A stretch of DNA of 35,677 bases from Thermoplasmata archaeon (GTDB lineage Archaea; Thermoplasmatota; JAKEGO01). The translations under genes and the position numbers were made by a program. The notes under the pieces are model-generated. The model saw nothing but the letters and a program-made list of their open reading frames with translations, did no database searches and was not told the origin of the DNA. Shown in pieces: positions 8,374 to 17,493 of the stretch. Numbering within the stretch: position 1 is the first letter of the stretch; every line of letters starts with the position of its first letter. The stretch is from assembly GCA_022615805.1 (NCBI GenBank), contig JAKEGO010000020.1, positions 1 through 35,677 on the forward strand, written 5' to 3'.

Positions 8374-8823
8374 TCAACCTGGAGGCTCGACGACGACCTC
8401 GCGCTCGACGACGACCTCGCAGGTCACCGACTTCAGCACGAGGCAGTAGTCGCGCACCTCGTCGAACAGGCGGTCGACCCGCTCGACCGTCGCGGCGTCG
8501 GGGACGCCGACGCGCGCCCTCACTCTGACCAACGTGAAACGCAGGGCGCCCCCCGACATCGTCGCCAGCCCCTCGGCCTCGCTGCGGTAGGAGACGAGCG
8601 GGAGCCGGCGCCGCTCCGCTAGCCACAGGAATGTGGACATGGTGCAGTGCTCGATCGCCGCCACGAAGATGTCCTCCGGCGTCCAGTAGCCTTCGTGGCC
8701 GCCGAACTCGGGGCCGCAGGCGACGGGCCATTCCGGCTTCCCCGGGGACGACAGTACCCCCTTCCGCGCCCCGGTCCACGTGATCGACGTCCTGTACCTG
8801 TGCTCCATCGGCTCTCCCTTCAT
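8374..8823 (-). CDS. OsmC/Ohr-family protein (putative thiol/lipoyl-dependent peroxidase fold)
   Basis: 149 aa with TWTGARKG...PEDIFVAAIEHCTMSTF...VRDYCLVLKSV. The two Cys positions typical of OsmC-like proteins are present. The start lies 1 nt after the larA-like stop. Confidence 0.75.
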   Translation of the reverse strand: MKGEPMEHRYRTSITWTGARKGVLSSPGKPEWPVACGPEFGGHEGYWTPEDIFVAAIEHCTMSTFLWLAERRRLPLVSYRSEAEGLATMSGGALRFTLVRVRARVGVPDAATVERVDRLFDEVRDYCLVLKSVTCEVVVEREVVVEPPG

Positions 8824-8824
8824 C

Positions 8825-10081
8825 CTACTCGCCTCCGACGGTCGGAACCGTCGACGTCCCGTCCGGCATGACCAGCACCCTGGGCTCGCGGCCTCTCTCC
8901 CGCATGACGGCCAGCGCCGCGCCGACAGCCTCCTGGATATCGGCGAAGGGCATCATCCTCGCCCCGTACACCGCCTCGTCGTCCACGCCCATGACGGTCC
9001 ATATGTCGGCGCGCTCCAGCGTGCGGCAGATGAGGTGGGCCTTGTGGTCGCTCAATCGGTATCCCCCGGCGAGCGACGCCTCGACGTCGGCCACGCCGTT
9101 GGCGTCGTGGAGAAGGCGGAGGAACCTGTCGTCGCCAACACCCCTGCGGCACGCGGAGACCCAGATGACGATGCCGCCGTCCGCAAGCGCGGCCGCGGCG
9201 TGCTCCAGCGCGTGCTGCGACTGGTACATGTTCAGGTCCTTCGGCGGCGGGACGCAGGTGACGATGACGTCGAAGCGCCCCTCCACGGGCACGCCGAAGA
9301 GGCGGCGGGCGGTCTCGGCGGCCCGCCCGAAGGCGCCGTGCAGGTCGCCCGCCGATGCCTCGATGACGCGCCTCTCCGCATCGAGCACGACCTGCACCGT
9401 CGTGATGCGGCGCCCGTCCATGAACCCCACGATCTCGACCATGTCCTCGTGGACCGGGTTGCCATCGAGCGCCAGGGACGCGACGCCCTCCTGCAGGGCG
9501 AGCGAGTGGTTGGCCTCGATGGTGGCACGCCCCGCGAGGCCGATGGCAAGGCCCTTCCTGCCGCCGGAGAGCCCGGCGAAGTAGTGGGGCTGGACACTTC
9601 CGATGAGCAATATCCGCGACGCCTCCACGGCCCTGCGGTCGATAAGGACCGGCGTGCCGCGGGTAGTCTCACCCAGGCGGACATGCCCCGCGTCGTCGTC
9701 GGCGTCGTGGACCGCGAGCCGGCCGCGGACCTCTGGGAGGAGGTCGCCGAAGATCCCTTCGAGCCCGGACCGGTCCGGAGGCCCGTGCGCGCCCGTCGCC
9801 ACCATGAACGTCACTTCCTCGACCCCCGATATCGCGGGCCATACGGCCTCGAGGACGGCAGCCGTCGGCGTCGCCCTCGTGGCGTCGTTGACGACGACGA
9901 GCAGGTCGTTCGCGCCGGCGAGGAACTTGGACAGCGGCGGCTGGCCGACCGGGGTGCAAAGGGCTTGCCCGATGGCCCCGCGGGCATCGATGCCGTCGAT
10001 GGTCCCGGGGGCGACGACCGTGCAATCGGCGTCGACAACGACATCGACCATATCGTCACCGTAGGGCAATCGGACCCGCAT
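8825..10081 (-). CDS. larA: LarA-family nickel-pincer-dependent 2-hydroxyacid (lactate) racemase/epimerase (DUF2088)
   Basis: 418 aa with VVVNDATRATP, MVATGAHG, QPHYFAGLSGGRKG and DGNPVHEDM, which match the LarA signature regions. Confidence 0.85.
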   Translation of the reverse strand: MRVRLPYGDDMVDVVVDADCTVVAPGTIDGIDARGAIGQALCTPVGQPPLSKFLAGANDLLVVVNDATRATPTAAVLEAVWPAISGVEEVTFMVATGAHGPPDRSGLEGIFGDLLPEVRGRLAVHDADDDAGHVRLGETTRGTPVLIDRRAVEASRILLIGSVQPHYFAGLSGGRKGLAIGLAGRATIEANHSLALQEGVASLALDGNPVHEDMVEIVGFMDGRRITTVQVVLDAERRVIEASAGDLHGAFGRAAETARRLFGVPVEGRFDVIVTCVPPPKDLNMYQSQHALEHAAAALADGGIVIWVSACRRGVGDDRFLRLLHDANGVADVEASLAGGYRLSDHKAHLICRTLERADIWTVMGVDDEAVYGARMMPFADIQEAVGAALAVMRERGREPRVLVMPDGTSTVPTVGGE

Positions 10082-10102
10082 ACTGATTGGGATACAATGA
10101 GA

Positions 10103-10112
10103 AGTATATAGC
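10103..10112 (-). promoter_or_regulatory. TATA box (minus strand GCTATATACT) for the larA-osmC unit, implying a leaderless or very short-leader mRNA
   Basis: It is centred ~26 nt upstream of the larA ATG at 10081, in the 102-nt gap after the flxA-like stop. No Shine-Dalgarno sequence lies in between. Confidence 0.4.
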
Positions 10113-10183
10113 GATGTCAGACGTGCCGCTGTGACCGTCCGGATCGCGCGGCCGTTCCCCGTGACACCGGATCTGAAGCGACC

Positions 10184-11230
10184 CTAGAACTCGTTCACCA
10201 TCCTCTTGACTTCCTCGTAGGTGAAGACCGGCCCGTGCTTGCAGACGTATATGTCCCCGATGTTGCAGCGGCCGCACTTGCCGATGCCGCACTTCATCCG
10301 GTTCTCGAGGGTGGTGTAGATCTGCGACGGCGTCCAGCCGAGCTTCGCAAGCGCCTGGGTGATGAACTTGATCGCGATCGGCGGGCCGCAGGTGACGACG
10401 ATGGCGTTCTCCGGCGACGGCTTGACCACCTCGACGAGCTGCGGCACGAAGCAGGTGAAGCGACGTTTCCCCTCAGGCACGACCGTTTCGCCGGGAGCCT
10501 TCATGTTGATGGCCGGCCATCCCGGCTGCGCGTCGCCCTCGATCGGCCCCTTCGGGCCGAAGGCCCAGTCTATGCAGAGCCAGAGGTCCACGTCGTCGCG
10601 AGCCTCGATGGCGGCGAACTCCTCCTTGTACGCCAGGTCGGCCGGGGTGCGCGCACCGTAGATGAGTGTGACGTTCCCGTAGTCCTTCCGGTGGTCGGGG
10701 TGCAGGACCCACTGGTAGACGCTCCTCACGGGCGAGACGCCGATGCCAGCGCCGATGAAGACCATGTCCTTCCCCTTCCACGCGTCCACTGGGAAGTCGT
10801 TGCCGTACGGTCCGCGGAGGCCGACCTTGTCCCCGACCTTGAGCTCGTGCATCTTGCCGGTCACGTTGCCGACCTTCATCGCGGAGACCTGGATGACCCC
10901 GTCGGCGTTGGGGAACGACGAAATGGCGAAGACGCTCTCCCCGGTCCCGAACTGGCTCACTATGATGAACTGCCCGGGCCTGTGGAGGAAGCGGGCGTGC
11001 TCGGCGGGGGCGTCGATCTCGAAGGTGAAGGTCCGGATGGGCCGCGCGCCGCCGGCCTCGAGCTCGATCTTCGTCACGGTCGCGGTGACCGGTAGATAGA
11101 CGTTGTGCTCCTGCGCGGCGTGAACCTTGGCCGAAGCGCCATCGGGCCCGCCGCGCCCTCCGACGGGCCTCGGGGCCTCCGCGGGGCCGACGCCTTCCGC
11201 CTTGCCTCGCTTCCTGGTACCCTTGGACAT
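10184..11230 (-). CDS. FAD/NAD(P)H-binding oxidoreductase with a C-terminal [2Fe-2S] site (FlxA-like; sulfhydrogenase gamma / AsrB / PyrK family)
   Basis: 348 aa with RPGQFIIV, MVFIGAGIGVSPVRS and the C-terminal CGIGKCGRCNIGDIYVCKHGPVF. The ATG directly abuts the upstream stop. Confidence 0.85.
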   Translation of the reverse strand: MSKGTRKRGKAEGVGPAEAPRPVGGRGGPDGASAKVHAAQEHNVYLPVTATVTKIELEAGGARPIRTFTFEIDAPAEHARFLHRPGQFIIVSQFGTGESVFAISSFPNADGVIQVSAMKVGNVTGKMHELKVGDKVGLRGPYGNDFPVDAWKGKDMVFIGAGIGVSPVRSVYQWVLHPDHRKDYGNVTLIYGARTPADLAYKEEFAAIEARDDVDLWLCIDWAFGPKGPIEGDAQPGWPAINMKAPGETVVPEGKRRFTCFVPQLVEVVKPSPENAIVVTCGPPIAIKFITQALAKLGWTPSQIYTTLENRMKCGIGKCGRCNIGDIYVCKHGPVFTYEEVKRMVNEF

Positions 11231-12304
11231 TCAGGCAGCCCCCTTCGCATCCGCGCCGGCGCCCTCGCGCCTGGCCTCGGCACACGTCTTCGTCCCCTCG
11301 GCCACCTCGATGATGTCGATGTTCACCGGGCAGTTGGCGATGCAGCGGCCGCAGCCGACGCACCCGACGATCCCGAGGTTCCTGTCGATGTAGAGGAACT
11401 TGTGGTAGAGCCGGTTCCGCTGGCGGTGCTTCTTCCCCGGCCTGGGGTTGTGCCCCGACGCGTGCAGCGAGTAGTACGCCGCCTGACAGGTGTCCCACGT
11501 GCGTTCGCGCCTGCCCTCGCCCTTCCGGACGACGTCGTTGATGTCGAAGCAGTGGCACGTGGGGCACAGCAGGGTGCATATCCCGCACCCGAGACAGGGC
11601 TCGGAGACCGTGTCCCAGTACGGGTCGTCGAAAAGGCACTCGAGGGCGGCGGCGACGCCCTCGCGGTCGAAGCGCCTCGTGATGCGCTCGTCCGCGGCGG
11701 CCTTGACCTCCTTCGCGGCGCCGGCGTCCTTCTTGCCGGCCTTGCCGAAGGCGTCCCCGCCCGCCGACAGGATGGCCTCACCCTTGGGGGTCAACGCCTC
11801 GACGTAGTAACTGTCACCGAGGTCGGTCCAGAGCATGTCGGCCCCCTCCGTGCCGGACGGGCTCCCGTCCATCGACGGGCAGAAGCATTGCTCGTTGGGC
11901 ATAGGCCCGGTGCAGGTGAACGATATGACCGTCGCCCTCTCGCGCTTGTCGACGTAGTACGGGTCGATGTAATCCCACGTGAACAGCCTGTCGAGGAACG
12001 TCGCGGCGCGGACGTCGCATGGCCTGCCGCCGAGGAGGAGGATCTTCCTGGCAGCCCTCTCCGGTTCCCGCGCCCCCACGAACCGGTGCCCGGTCCCGTC
12101 CTTCTCGAACTCCATCATGGTCTCCGTCTGCGGGAAGAATATCGATTTGGGCGGCACCCTCGAGTTCGTGAAGCCGGGCGGCGGCGGGCCGGTCACCCTG
12201 CGGTAGAGGAAGACGCCGTCCTCCTCCACAGGACCGTAGACGTCGTAGTCGGTCAGGCGCGAGACGAGCTGGGCGATCCTGTCCTTCCGTATCGTGTTTG
12301 CCAT
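11231..12304 (-). CDS. Iron-sulfur protein, FlxB-like (sulfhydrogenase beta / AsrA family)
   Basis: 357 aa with two ferredoxin motifs, CLGCGICTLLCPTCHC and CVGCGRCIANCPV. GGAGG lies upstream of the ATG. Confidence 0.8.
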   Translation of the reverse strand: MANTIRKDRIAQLVSRLTDYDVYGPVEEDGVFLYRRVTGPPPPGFTNSRVPPKSIFFPQTETMMEFEKDGTGHRFVGAREPERAARKILLLGGRPCDVRAATFLDRLFTWDYIDPYYVDKRERATVISFTCTGPMPNEQCFCPSMDGSPSGTEGADMLWTDLGDSYYVEALTPKGEAILSAGGDAFGKAGKKDAGAAKEVKAAADERITRRFDREGVAAALECLFDDPYWDTVSEPCLGCGICTLLCPTCHCFDINDVVRKGEGRRERTWDTCQAAYYSLHASGHNPRPGKKHRQRNRLYHKFLYIDRNLGIVGCVGCGRCIANCPVNIDIIEVAEGTKTCAEARREGAGADAKGAA

Positions 12305-12316
12305 GTCATCGCCTCC

Positions 12317-13246
12317 CTACCAGATGAACTCCTCCGGGTCGTCGACGTCGCACGAGCCGAACGTCGGGGCGTCCTCGGCGCTCCTTCCGGCCTCGACGCC
12401 GTATCGCTCCTTCGCCTTCTTCTCGAGGTACCGGTTCAACTTCCGTATCGGGATGTCCATCGGGCACACACGCTCGCACTCGCCGCAATCGATGCATCGG
12501 CCCGCGAGGTGCATCGCCCTGACCGCATGGTACCAGAGGTTCTCGGGCAGCTGCACGGTCCGCTCGTTCCACCGGTACGGCTTCTCGCGGTCGAACACGC
12601 ACTCGGCGCAGTAGCAGAGCGGGCAGACCTCTCGACAGCCGTAGCAGCGGACGCAGCGCGAGAGCTGGCGCTCCCAGTACGCCCACCTCTCCTCCGGCGA
12701 CATCGCCTCGATCTCGGCGACGTCGGAGTAATCGTCCTCCACCGTCTCGGGGACCTCGTCGCCGACGACCTCGTCGGCCATGAGCGGGTTGTGGAGCCTG
12801 CACACGGTGCACTTGTCGGCGATCGTGTCGGCCGTCACCGCATGTGGCCCGACCTCGGTACCCACGAGCTTCTTCGGGTCGCAGACGCCTTCGCACGTGA
12901 GGCCGATGACCCGGACGCGCGCCGGGTCGACGATGTGCTCCTTCACGAGCTCGACGACCGTCTTCGAGTCGCAGGGCTTCACCACGATGCCGATCGGGCG
13001 CGGGTCGGGCTTCTCGCCCTTCGCGAGCTTTCGAAGCATCTCCTCCCGGAGGAACAGCGTCAGGTTGTTCACGCACGTCGGGTTCCAGATGAGGCGGTCG
13101 GCGTCCCCCGCCCTCCGGACGAAGGCCGCTCGGGCGACGTTCCCGCGGCCCGCGGCGTAACCTATCACGTAGCGCACCTCGCCGGATGCCAACCATCGGC
13201 GCGCGATGTCCCGGACCTGCGCCTCCTTGGCTGACGCGTCGGGCAT
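12317..13246 (-). CDS. Iron-sulfur protein, FlxC-like
   Basis: ~309 aa with CVRCYGCREVCPLCYC and CIDCGECERVCPM. The N-terminal part (IGIVVKPCDSKTVVEL) is paralogous to FlxB (LLLGGRPCDVRAATFL). The ATG at 13246 overlaps the mvhD stop by 1 nt. A GTG at 13249 is an alternative start. GGAGGTGAG lies upstream. Confidence 0.75.
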   Translation of the reverse strand: MPDASAKEAQVRDIARRWLASGEVRYVIGYAAGRGNVARAAFVRRAGDADRLIWNPTCVNNLTLFLREEMLRKLAKGEKPDPRPIGIVVKPCDSKTVVELVKEHIVDPARVRVIGLTCEGVCDPKKLVGTEVGPHAVTADTIADKCTVCRLHNPLMADEVVGDEVPETVEDDYSDVAEIEAMSPEERWAYWERQLSRCVRCYGCREVCPLCYCAECVFDREKPYRWNERTVQLPENLWYHAVRAMHLAGRCIDCGECERVCPMDIPIRKLNRYLEKKAKERYGVEAGRSAEDAPTFGSCDVDDPEEFIW

Positions 13247-13677
13247 CACGCCTCACCTCCGGTGAACTTCGTCTGCGGGCCCAGGGCCTTCACCTGCTCC
13301 GTGAACCTTGTCACGACCTCGGCGAACTTGTGGCCCTCGGACGCGGAGACCCACGACACCTGGAACCGCCCCGGGTCGATGCCCATGTAGTCCATCAGGT
13401 CGTGCAGCAGGGTCAGTTTCCTCCTGGCGTGGTAGTTCCCCTTGATATAGTGGCAGTCCCCGGGGTGGCAGCCGGAGACGAGCACGCCGTCGGCGCCCTC
13501 CTGGAAGGCCTTGAGTATGAACTGCGGGTTCACGCGCCCGGAGCACATCACCTTGATGACCCGGATGTTGTGCGGGTACTGGAGCCTCGACGTCCCGGCG
13601 AGGTCGGCGCCGGTGTAGCTGCACCAGTTGCAGAGGAAGCCTATGATCTTCGGTTCCCAGCTGTCGTTCTCGGCCAT
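13246..13677 (-). CDS. mvhD: MvhD/FlxD-type [2Fe-2S] electron-transfer subunit (F420-non-reducing hydrogenase delta-like)
   Basis: 143 aa with [77 protein letters not shown] lies upstream. Confidence 0.9.
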   Translation of the reverse strand: MAENDSWEPKIIGFLCNWCSYTGADLAGTSRLQYPHNIRVIKVMCSGRVNPQFILKAFQEGADGVLVSGCHPGDCHYIKGNYHARRKLTLLHDLMDYMGIDPGRFQVSWVSASEGHKFAEVVTRFTEQVKALGPQTKFTGGEA

Positions 13678-13745
13678 GTCAGATCACCTCGGGGGACGCG
13701 TGCGGCAGCGCGGGAGGGTGCCGGCCACGATCGGGTCCCTTCATG

Positions 13746-16700
13746 TCATACCACCTCGTGCAGCGCGCCCTTTATCATGGAGAGTATCTGGTTGTCGTTG
13801 AAGCCCCTCTGCTGGATGGCGCCCGACCGGCATGTCGCCGAGCAGAGGCCGCACCCCTTGCAAAGGGCGTTGTTGACGACCGCCTTACCGTCCTGGAGGT
13901 CGATGGCCACGTAGGGGCACGCGGCGACGCACAGCCCGCAGCCGACGCACGTCTCCTTGTCGACGCTCGCGGTGATGCCCTCCAGGACGAGTCGCCCCTT
14001 CATGATGGGTATGGCGGCCCTGGAGGCGGCGCCCTCGGCCTGGGCGATGGTGTCTGCGAGGTTCTTCGGGTAGTGCGCGGAGCCGCAGAAGTACACGCCG
14101 TCGGTGGCGAAGTCGAGCGGCCTTATCTTCGCGTGCGCCTCGATGAGGAAACGCCCGGGCCCGGAGGGTATCTTGAACATCTCCATGAGCCTATCCACCG
14201 AAACGGAGCCCTCTGTCTGGGCGGTGAGGACGACGAGGTCGGCGGGGATCTCGAGGTCGTCACCGTAGATCTCGTCGTGGACGCGCACCATCACATTCCC
14301 GTCGCCGTCCACCGAGACCTCAGGAGCCCTGTCGAGACCGTACCTGACGATCTTCACCCGCTTGTTCTCGATGACGTCGGTGAAGTACTCCTCCTCGTCC
14401 TTCCCGAACATGCGGATGTCGCGGTAGAGGATGTGGACGTCCGCGCCGGGATTCCTCTCCTTCAGGAGGCGGGCGTTCTTTATCGAGACGCCGCAGCCCA
14501 CGCGGCAGCACCATGGCCTCTCCGGCTCCATGGCGCCGGCGCAGTTGATCATCACCACGCTCCTCACCGGCGGCAGGTCCCCGGCCTTCAGGCGCTCCTC
14601 CAGCTCGGTCTGGGTCATCACCCTGTCGCTGGAGCCGTAGCCGTACCTGCCGGTGAGGTCGATCTCGTCGAACCCGGAGGCGATGACGGCCGTCCCGAAC
14701 GGGATGGTGCGCTCGCCCAGGGGCGTGCTGATCCGCGCCTCGAAGTTGCCGATGAAGCCGTCGACCTCATCGAGGGTGCTGCTGGTCAGCACCTCGATGT
14801 ACTCGTTGTTCCACACCCGGTCGGCCAGGGGGCCGATGACTTGGTCCGCCTCCAGATCGAGGGGGAAGAGAGTGTGCAACCGGCGTAGGATCCCGCCGAG
14901 CTCCGGTTCCTTCTCGACGACATACGACCGGACGTGCATTTCCGCCAGGGCGAGGGCCGTGCGCATGCCGGCCAGTCCGCCGCCGACGATCAGCACCGCG
15001 GGCGTGACCGAGACCTCCTCCTGCGTCAGAGGCTCGAGGAGGGCGGACTTGTGCACGGCCATGCGGACCAGGTCCCTGGCCTTGGCGGTCGCCGTGCTCC
15101 TGTTCCCCGAGTGCACCCATGAGCAGTGCTGCCGAATGTTCGCGAACTCGAAGAGGTACTTGTTGAGGCCTGCCTCGACCAAGGTGTCCTGGAAGAGGCC
15201 GCCGTGGGTGACGGGCGAGCACGCCGCTACGATGACGCGGTTGAGCCCCTCCTCCCGGACCTTGTCGCGGATGCTCTTTATCGTGTCCTCGGAGCAGGCG
15301 AACATCACGTCCGTCGCGAAGTCGACGTAGGGGAGGTCCCGCGCGTACGCTGCGACCGCCTCGGTGTCGAGGAAGCCGTGGATGTTCTTGCCGCAGTGGC
15401 ACACGAAGACGCCCACGCGCGGCGTCTCTCCGGTGACCTGACGCTCCACGGGCAGGGGAGCGGGCTCGGCCTTCTCCCTGTCGACTATGGCCGCCATCGC
15501 CTTCGCGGCGGCGCCGCTCGCCATCGCCACGCTGTCGGGGATGTCCTTGGGGCCCTGGTCGCAGCCGGCGAGGAAAACGCCCGGCCGGGAGGACTGGATG
15601 GGGTCCTCCATTATCGAGCCGGTCTCGAAGAACCCGCTCTCGTCGACGCCGATGCCGAGGACGCCTGCGAGGCGCGCGTTCTCCTTCGACGGGATTATAG
15701 CTGTGCTGAGGACGAGGAGGTCGACCGTCCTGTCCTTCACCTCTCGGGTGTGCGTGTCCATGTACCGTATCGAGATGCTCCCGTCGTCGTTCTCGAACAC
15801 CGAGCTCGGGCGCGCGCGGATGTACTCGACGCCGGCGTCCTTCGCCTTGTCGTAGTACTGCTGGAAGTCCTTGCCGTAGGCCCGGAGGTCCATGTAGAAG
15901 ATGCTGACGTCGATATCGGGGTCCGCCTCCTTGGCTATCGCCGCCTCCTTGGTGGCGTACATGCAGCAGACCCTGGAGCAGTAAGGGAACCCGAGCTGCT
16001 TGCTCCTGGAACCGACGCACTGGATCCACGCCACGCTCTTTGGCCGCTGGCCGTCGGACGGGCGCTTCACCTTACCCTCGGTCGGGCCGAAGGACGACAG
16101 GAGGCGCTCGAATTGCATAGCGGTGATGACGTTCGGGTACTTCCCGTAGCCGTACTCCTTCCGCATCTCGAGGGGCTCGAACAGCTCGTAGCCGGTGGCG
16201 ACGATGACGCTGCCGACGTGGACCTCGATGTCCTCGGACTTCTCGAGGAACGAGATCGCGCCCGGCTCGCACACGCGCTCGCACGAGCCGCAGCCGACGC
16301 AGTTCTCGTAGTCGATGGTGTAGACGATCGGCACGGCCTGCGGGAACTCGATGTAGATCGCCTTCCGCCTCGAAAGGCCCTCCTCGAAGCCGCTCACGAC
16401 CTCGACGGGGCAGACGGGGACGCAGTCGTCGCACCCGGTGCATTTCTCCGGATCGACGTACTTGCTCTTCCGGAACACGTGCGCGGTGAAGTTGCCGGTC
16501 TCCCCCTCGAGGGACTGTATCTCGGTGTACGTCATCAGCCTGATGTTCGGGTGCCTGGATACCTCCACCATCTTCGGGGCGGAGGTGCATATCGAGCAGT
16601 CGTTCGTCGGGAAGGTCTTGTCGAGCTTGACCATGTTCCCGCCGATGGTCGAGGTCTTGTCGAGCAGGACGACCCTGTAGCCCTTGTCGGCGATGTCGAG

Positions 16701-16970
16701 CGCGGCCTGCATGCCGGAGATGCCGCCGCCGACTATGAGGACGTCGGCGTCGATGCGCCTTCCCGCCCTGCGAAGCTTGTACTCTGCGACGACTTCGGGC
16801 TCCGCCTCCCCGTGCATCGCGTCTTCGAGCATCGTCAGCTCGGGGACCTGTATCAGGTAATCGTCTTCCAGGGGCACATCGTCGTAGTACTGCGGTATGA
16901 CGTCGGTCCCTTCCATCACGTCCACGGGGGTCTCGCACTCCCCGGCCTTCGTCTCACCGGGAAAGGGCAT
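13746..16970 (-). CDS. hdrA: Giant two-module HdrA-like flavoprotein (heterodisulfide reductase subunit A family), paralog 1
   Basis: 1074 aa. Module 1 has VLIVGGGISGMQAALD, DKTFPTNDCSIC, an inserted ferredoxin (CTGCDDCVPVCP / CVGCGSCERVCEP) and CVGSRS..YCSRVCC. Module 2 has VGVFVCHCGKNI (N-domain cluster), VLIVGGGLAGMRTALALAE, NCAGAMEPERPWCCRVGC and a C-terminal ferredoxin (CVGCGLCVAACP / CKGCGLCSATCRSGAIQQRGF). Confidence 0.9.
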   Translation of the reverse strand: MPFPGETKAGECETPVDVMEGTDVIPQYYDDVPLEDDYLIQVPELTMLEDAMHGEAEPEVVAEYKLRRAGRRIDADVLIVGGGISGMQAALDIADKGYRVVLLDKTSTIGGNMVKLDKTFPTNDCSICTSAPKMVEVSRHPNIRLMTYTEIQSLEGETGNFTAHVFRKSKYVDPEKCTGCDDCVPVCPVEVVSGFEEGLSRRKAIYIEFPQAVPIVYTIDYENCVGCGSCERVCEPGAISFLEKSEDIEVHVGSVIVATGYELFEPLEMRKEYGYGKYPNVITAMQFERLLSSFGPTEGKVKRPSDGQRPKSVAWIQCVGSRSKQLGFPYCSRVCCMYATKEAAIAKEADPDIDVSIFYMDLRAYGKDFQQYYDKAKDAGVEYIRARPSSVFENDDGSISIRYMDTHTREVKDRTVDLLVLSTAIIPSKENARLAGVLGIGVDESGFFETGSIMEDPIQSSRPGVFLAGCDQGPKDIPDSVAMASGAAAKAMAAIVDREKAEPAPLPVERQVTGETPRVGVFVCHCGKNIHGFLDTEAVAAYARDLPYVDFATDVMFACSEDTIKSIRDKVREEGLNRVIVAACSPVTHGGLFQDTLVEAGLNKYLFEFANIRQHCSWVHSGNRSTATAKARDLVRMAVHKSALLEPLTQEEVSVTPAVLIVGGGLAGMRTALALAEMHVRSYVVEKEPELGGILRRLHTLFPLDLEADQVIGPLADRVWNNEYIEVLTSSTLDEVDGFIGNFEARISTPLGERTIPFGTAVIASGFDEIDLTGRYGYGSSDRVMTQTELEERLKAGDLPPVRSVVMINCAGAMEPERPWCCRVGCGVSIKNARLLKERNPGADVHILYRDIRMFGKDEEEYFTDVIENKRVKIVRYGLDRAPEVSVDGDGNVMVRVHDEIYGDDLEIPADLVVLTAQTEGSVSVDRLMEMFKIPSGPGRFLIEAHAKIRPLDFATDGVYFCGSAHYPKNLADTIAQAEGAASRAAIPIMKGRLVLEGITASVDKETCVGCGLCVAACPYVAIDLQDGKAVVNNALCKGCGLCSATCRSGAIQQRGFNDNQILSMIKGALHEVV

Positions 16971-17493
16971 CCTTACCAGCCTCGTATCCCTTCTTGAACG
17001 CGTTCACGTTGAGCTCGGCGAACCTCTTGGGGACGCTGTCGAGCACCGCCTTCCTCATGGCATCCTCGTCGAACAGGTCGTATATGCCGGTCATCGCCCC
17101 CACCATGGCGATGTTGGTCACTATCTTGTTCCCGAGGTCCTCTGCGATCTTCTGGACCCGCACCTCGAAGACCGGACGCCCTAGGTCGTGTTTCGGCACC
17201 AGGTCCGGATCGACGATGACGACCGTGTCGGGCCTCACGTCCCCCTTGTAGGTGTCGAACGCCTCCTGGGCGATCGCCACGAACAGGTCGACGCCGGTCG
17301 GGCGGGGGTAGCCGATCGGTTCGTCCGAGATTATGACCTCCGAGCGGGCGGCGCCGCCCCTGGCCTCCGGGCCGTACGATTGGCTCTGCACGGCGTTGTA
17401 CGGGCCGAACACGCATGCCGCCTTCCCGACGATGAACCCCGCGAGGATGACCCCCTGGCCACCGAACCCGGCGATCCTGATCTCGCGCTTCAT
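16954..17493 (-). CDS. 2-oxoacid:ferredoxin oxidoreductase gamma subunit (kor/por type)
   Basis: It begins MKREIRIAGFGGQGVILAG. The ATG at 17493 overlaps the beta-subunit stop (ATGA). The 3' end overlaps the hdrA start by 17 nt. Confidence 0.9.
   Translation of the reverse strand: MKREIRIAGFGGQGVILAGFIVGKAACVFGPYNAVQSQSYGPEARGGAARSEVIISDEPIGYPRPTGVDLFVAIAQEAFDTYKGDVRPDTVVIVDPDLVPKHDLGRPVFEVRVQKIAEDLGNKIVTNIAMVGAMTGIYDLFDEDAMRKAVLDSVPKRFAELNVNAFKKGYEAGKDALSR

Noticed and set aside
8780-10111. 443-aa plus-strand ORF antisense to larA, plus several nested ORFs
   Set aside because: The LarA frame contains all the signature blocks. The antisense ORF has none.
11105-13234. 709-aa plus-strand ORF antisense to flxB/flxC, and 10473..11639(-) and 12306..13256(-) out-of-frame ORFs
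   Set aside because: The chosen frames carry CxxCxxCxxxCP ferredoxin motifs and FNR-like motifs. The alternatives are Arg/Pro/Gly-rich with no Cys motifs.
13743-16997. Plus-strand ORFs 13743..14888 and 15126..16997, and minus-strand 14767..16029 and 16072..16938, overlapping hdrA paralog 1
   Set aside because: They are antisense or out-of-frame relative to a 1074-aa frame full of HdrA motifs. This is a GC-rich artefact.
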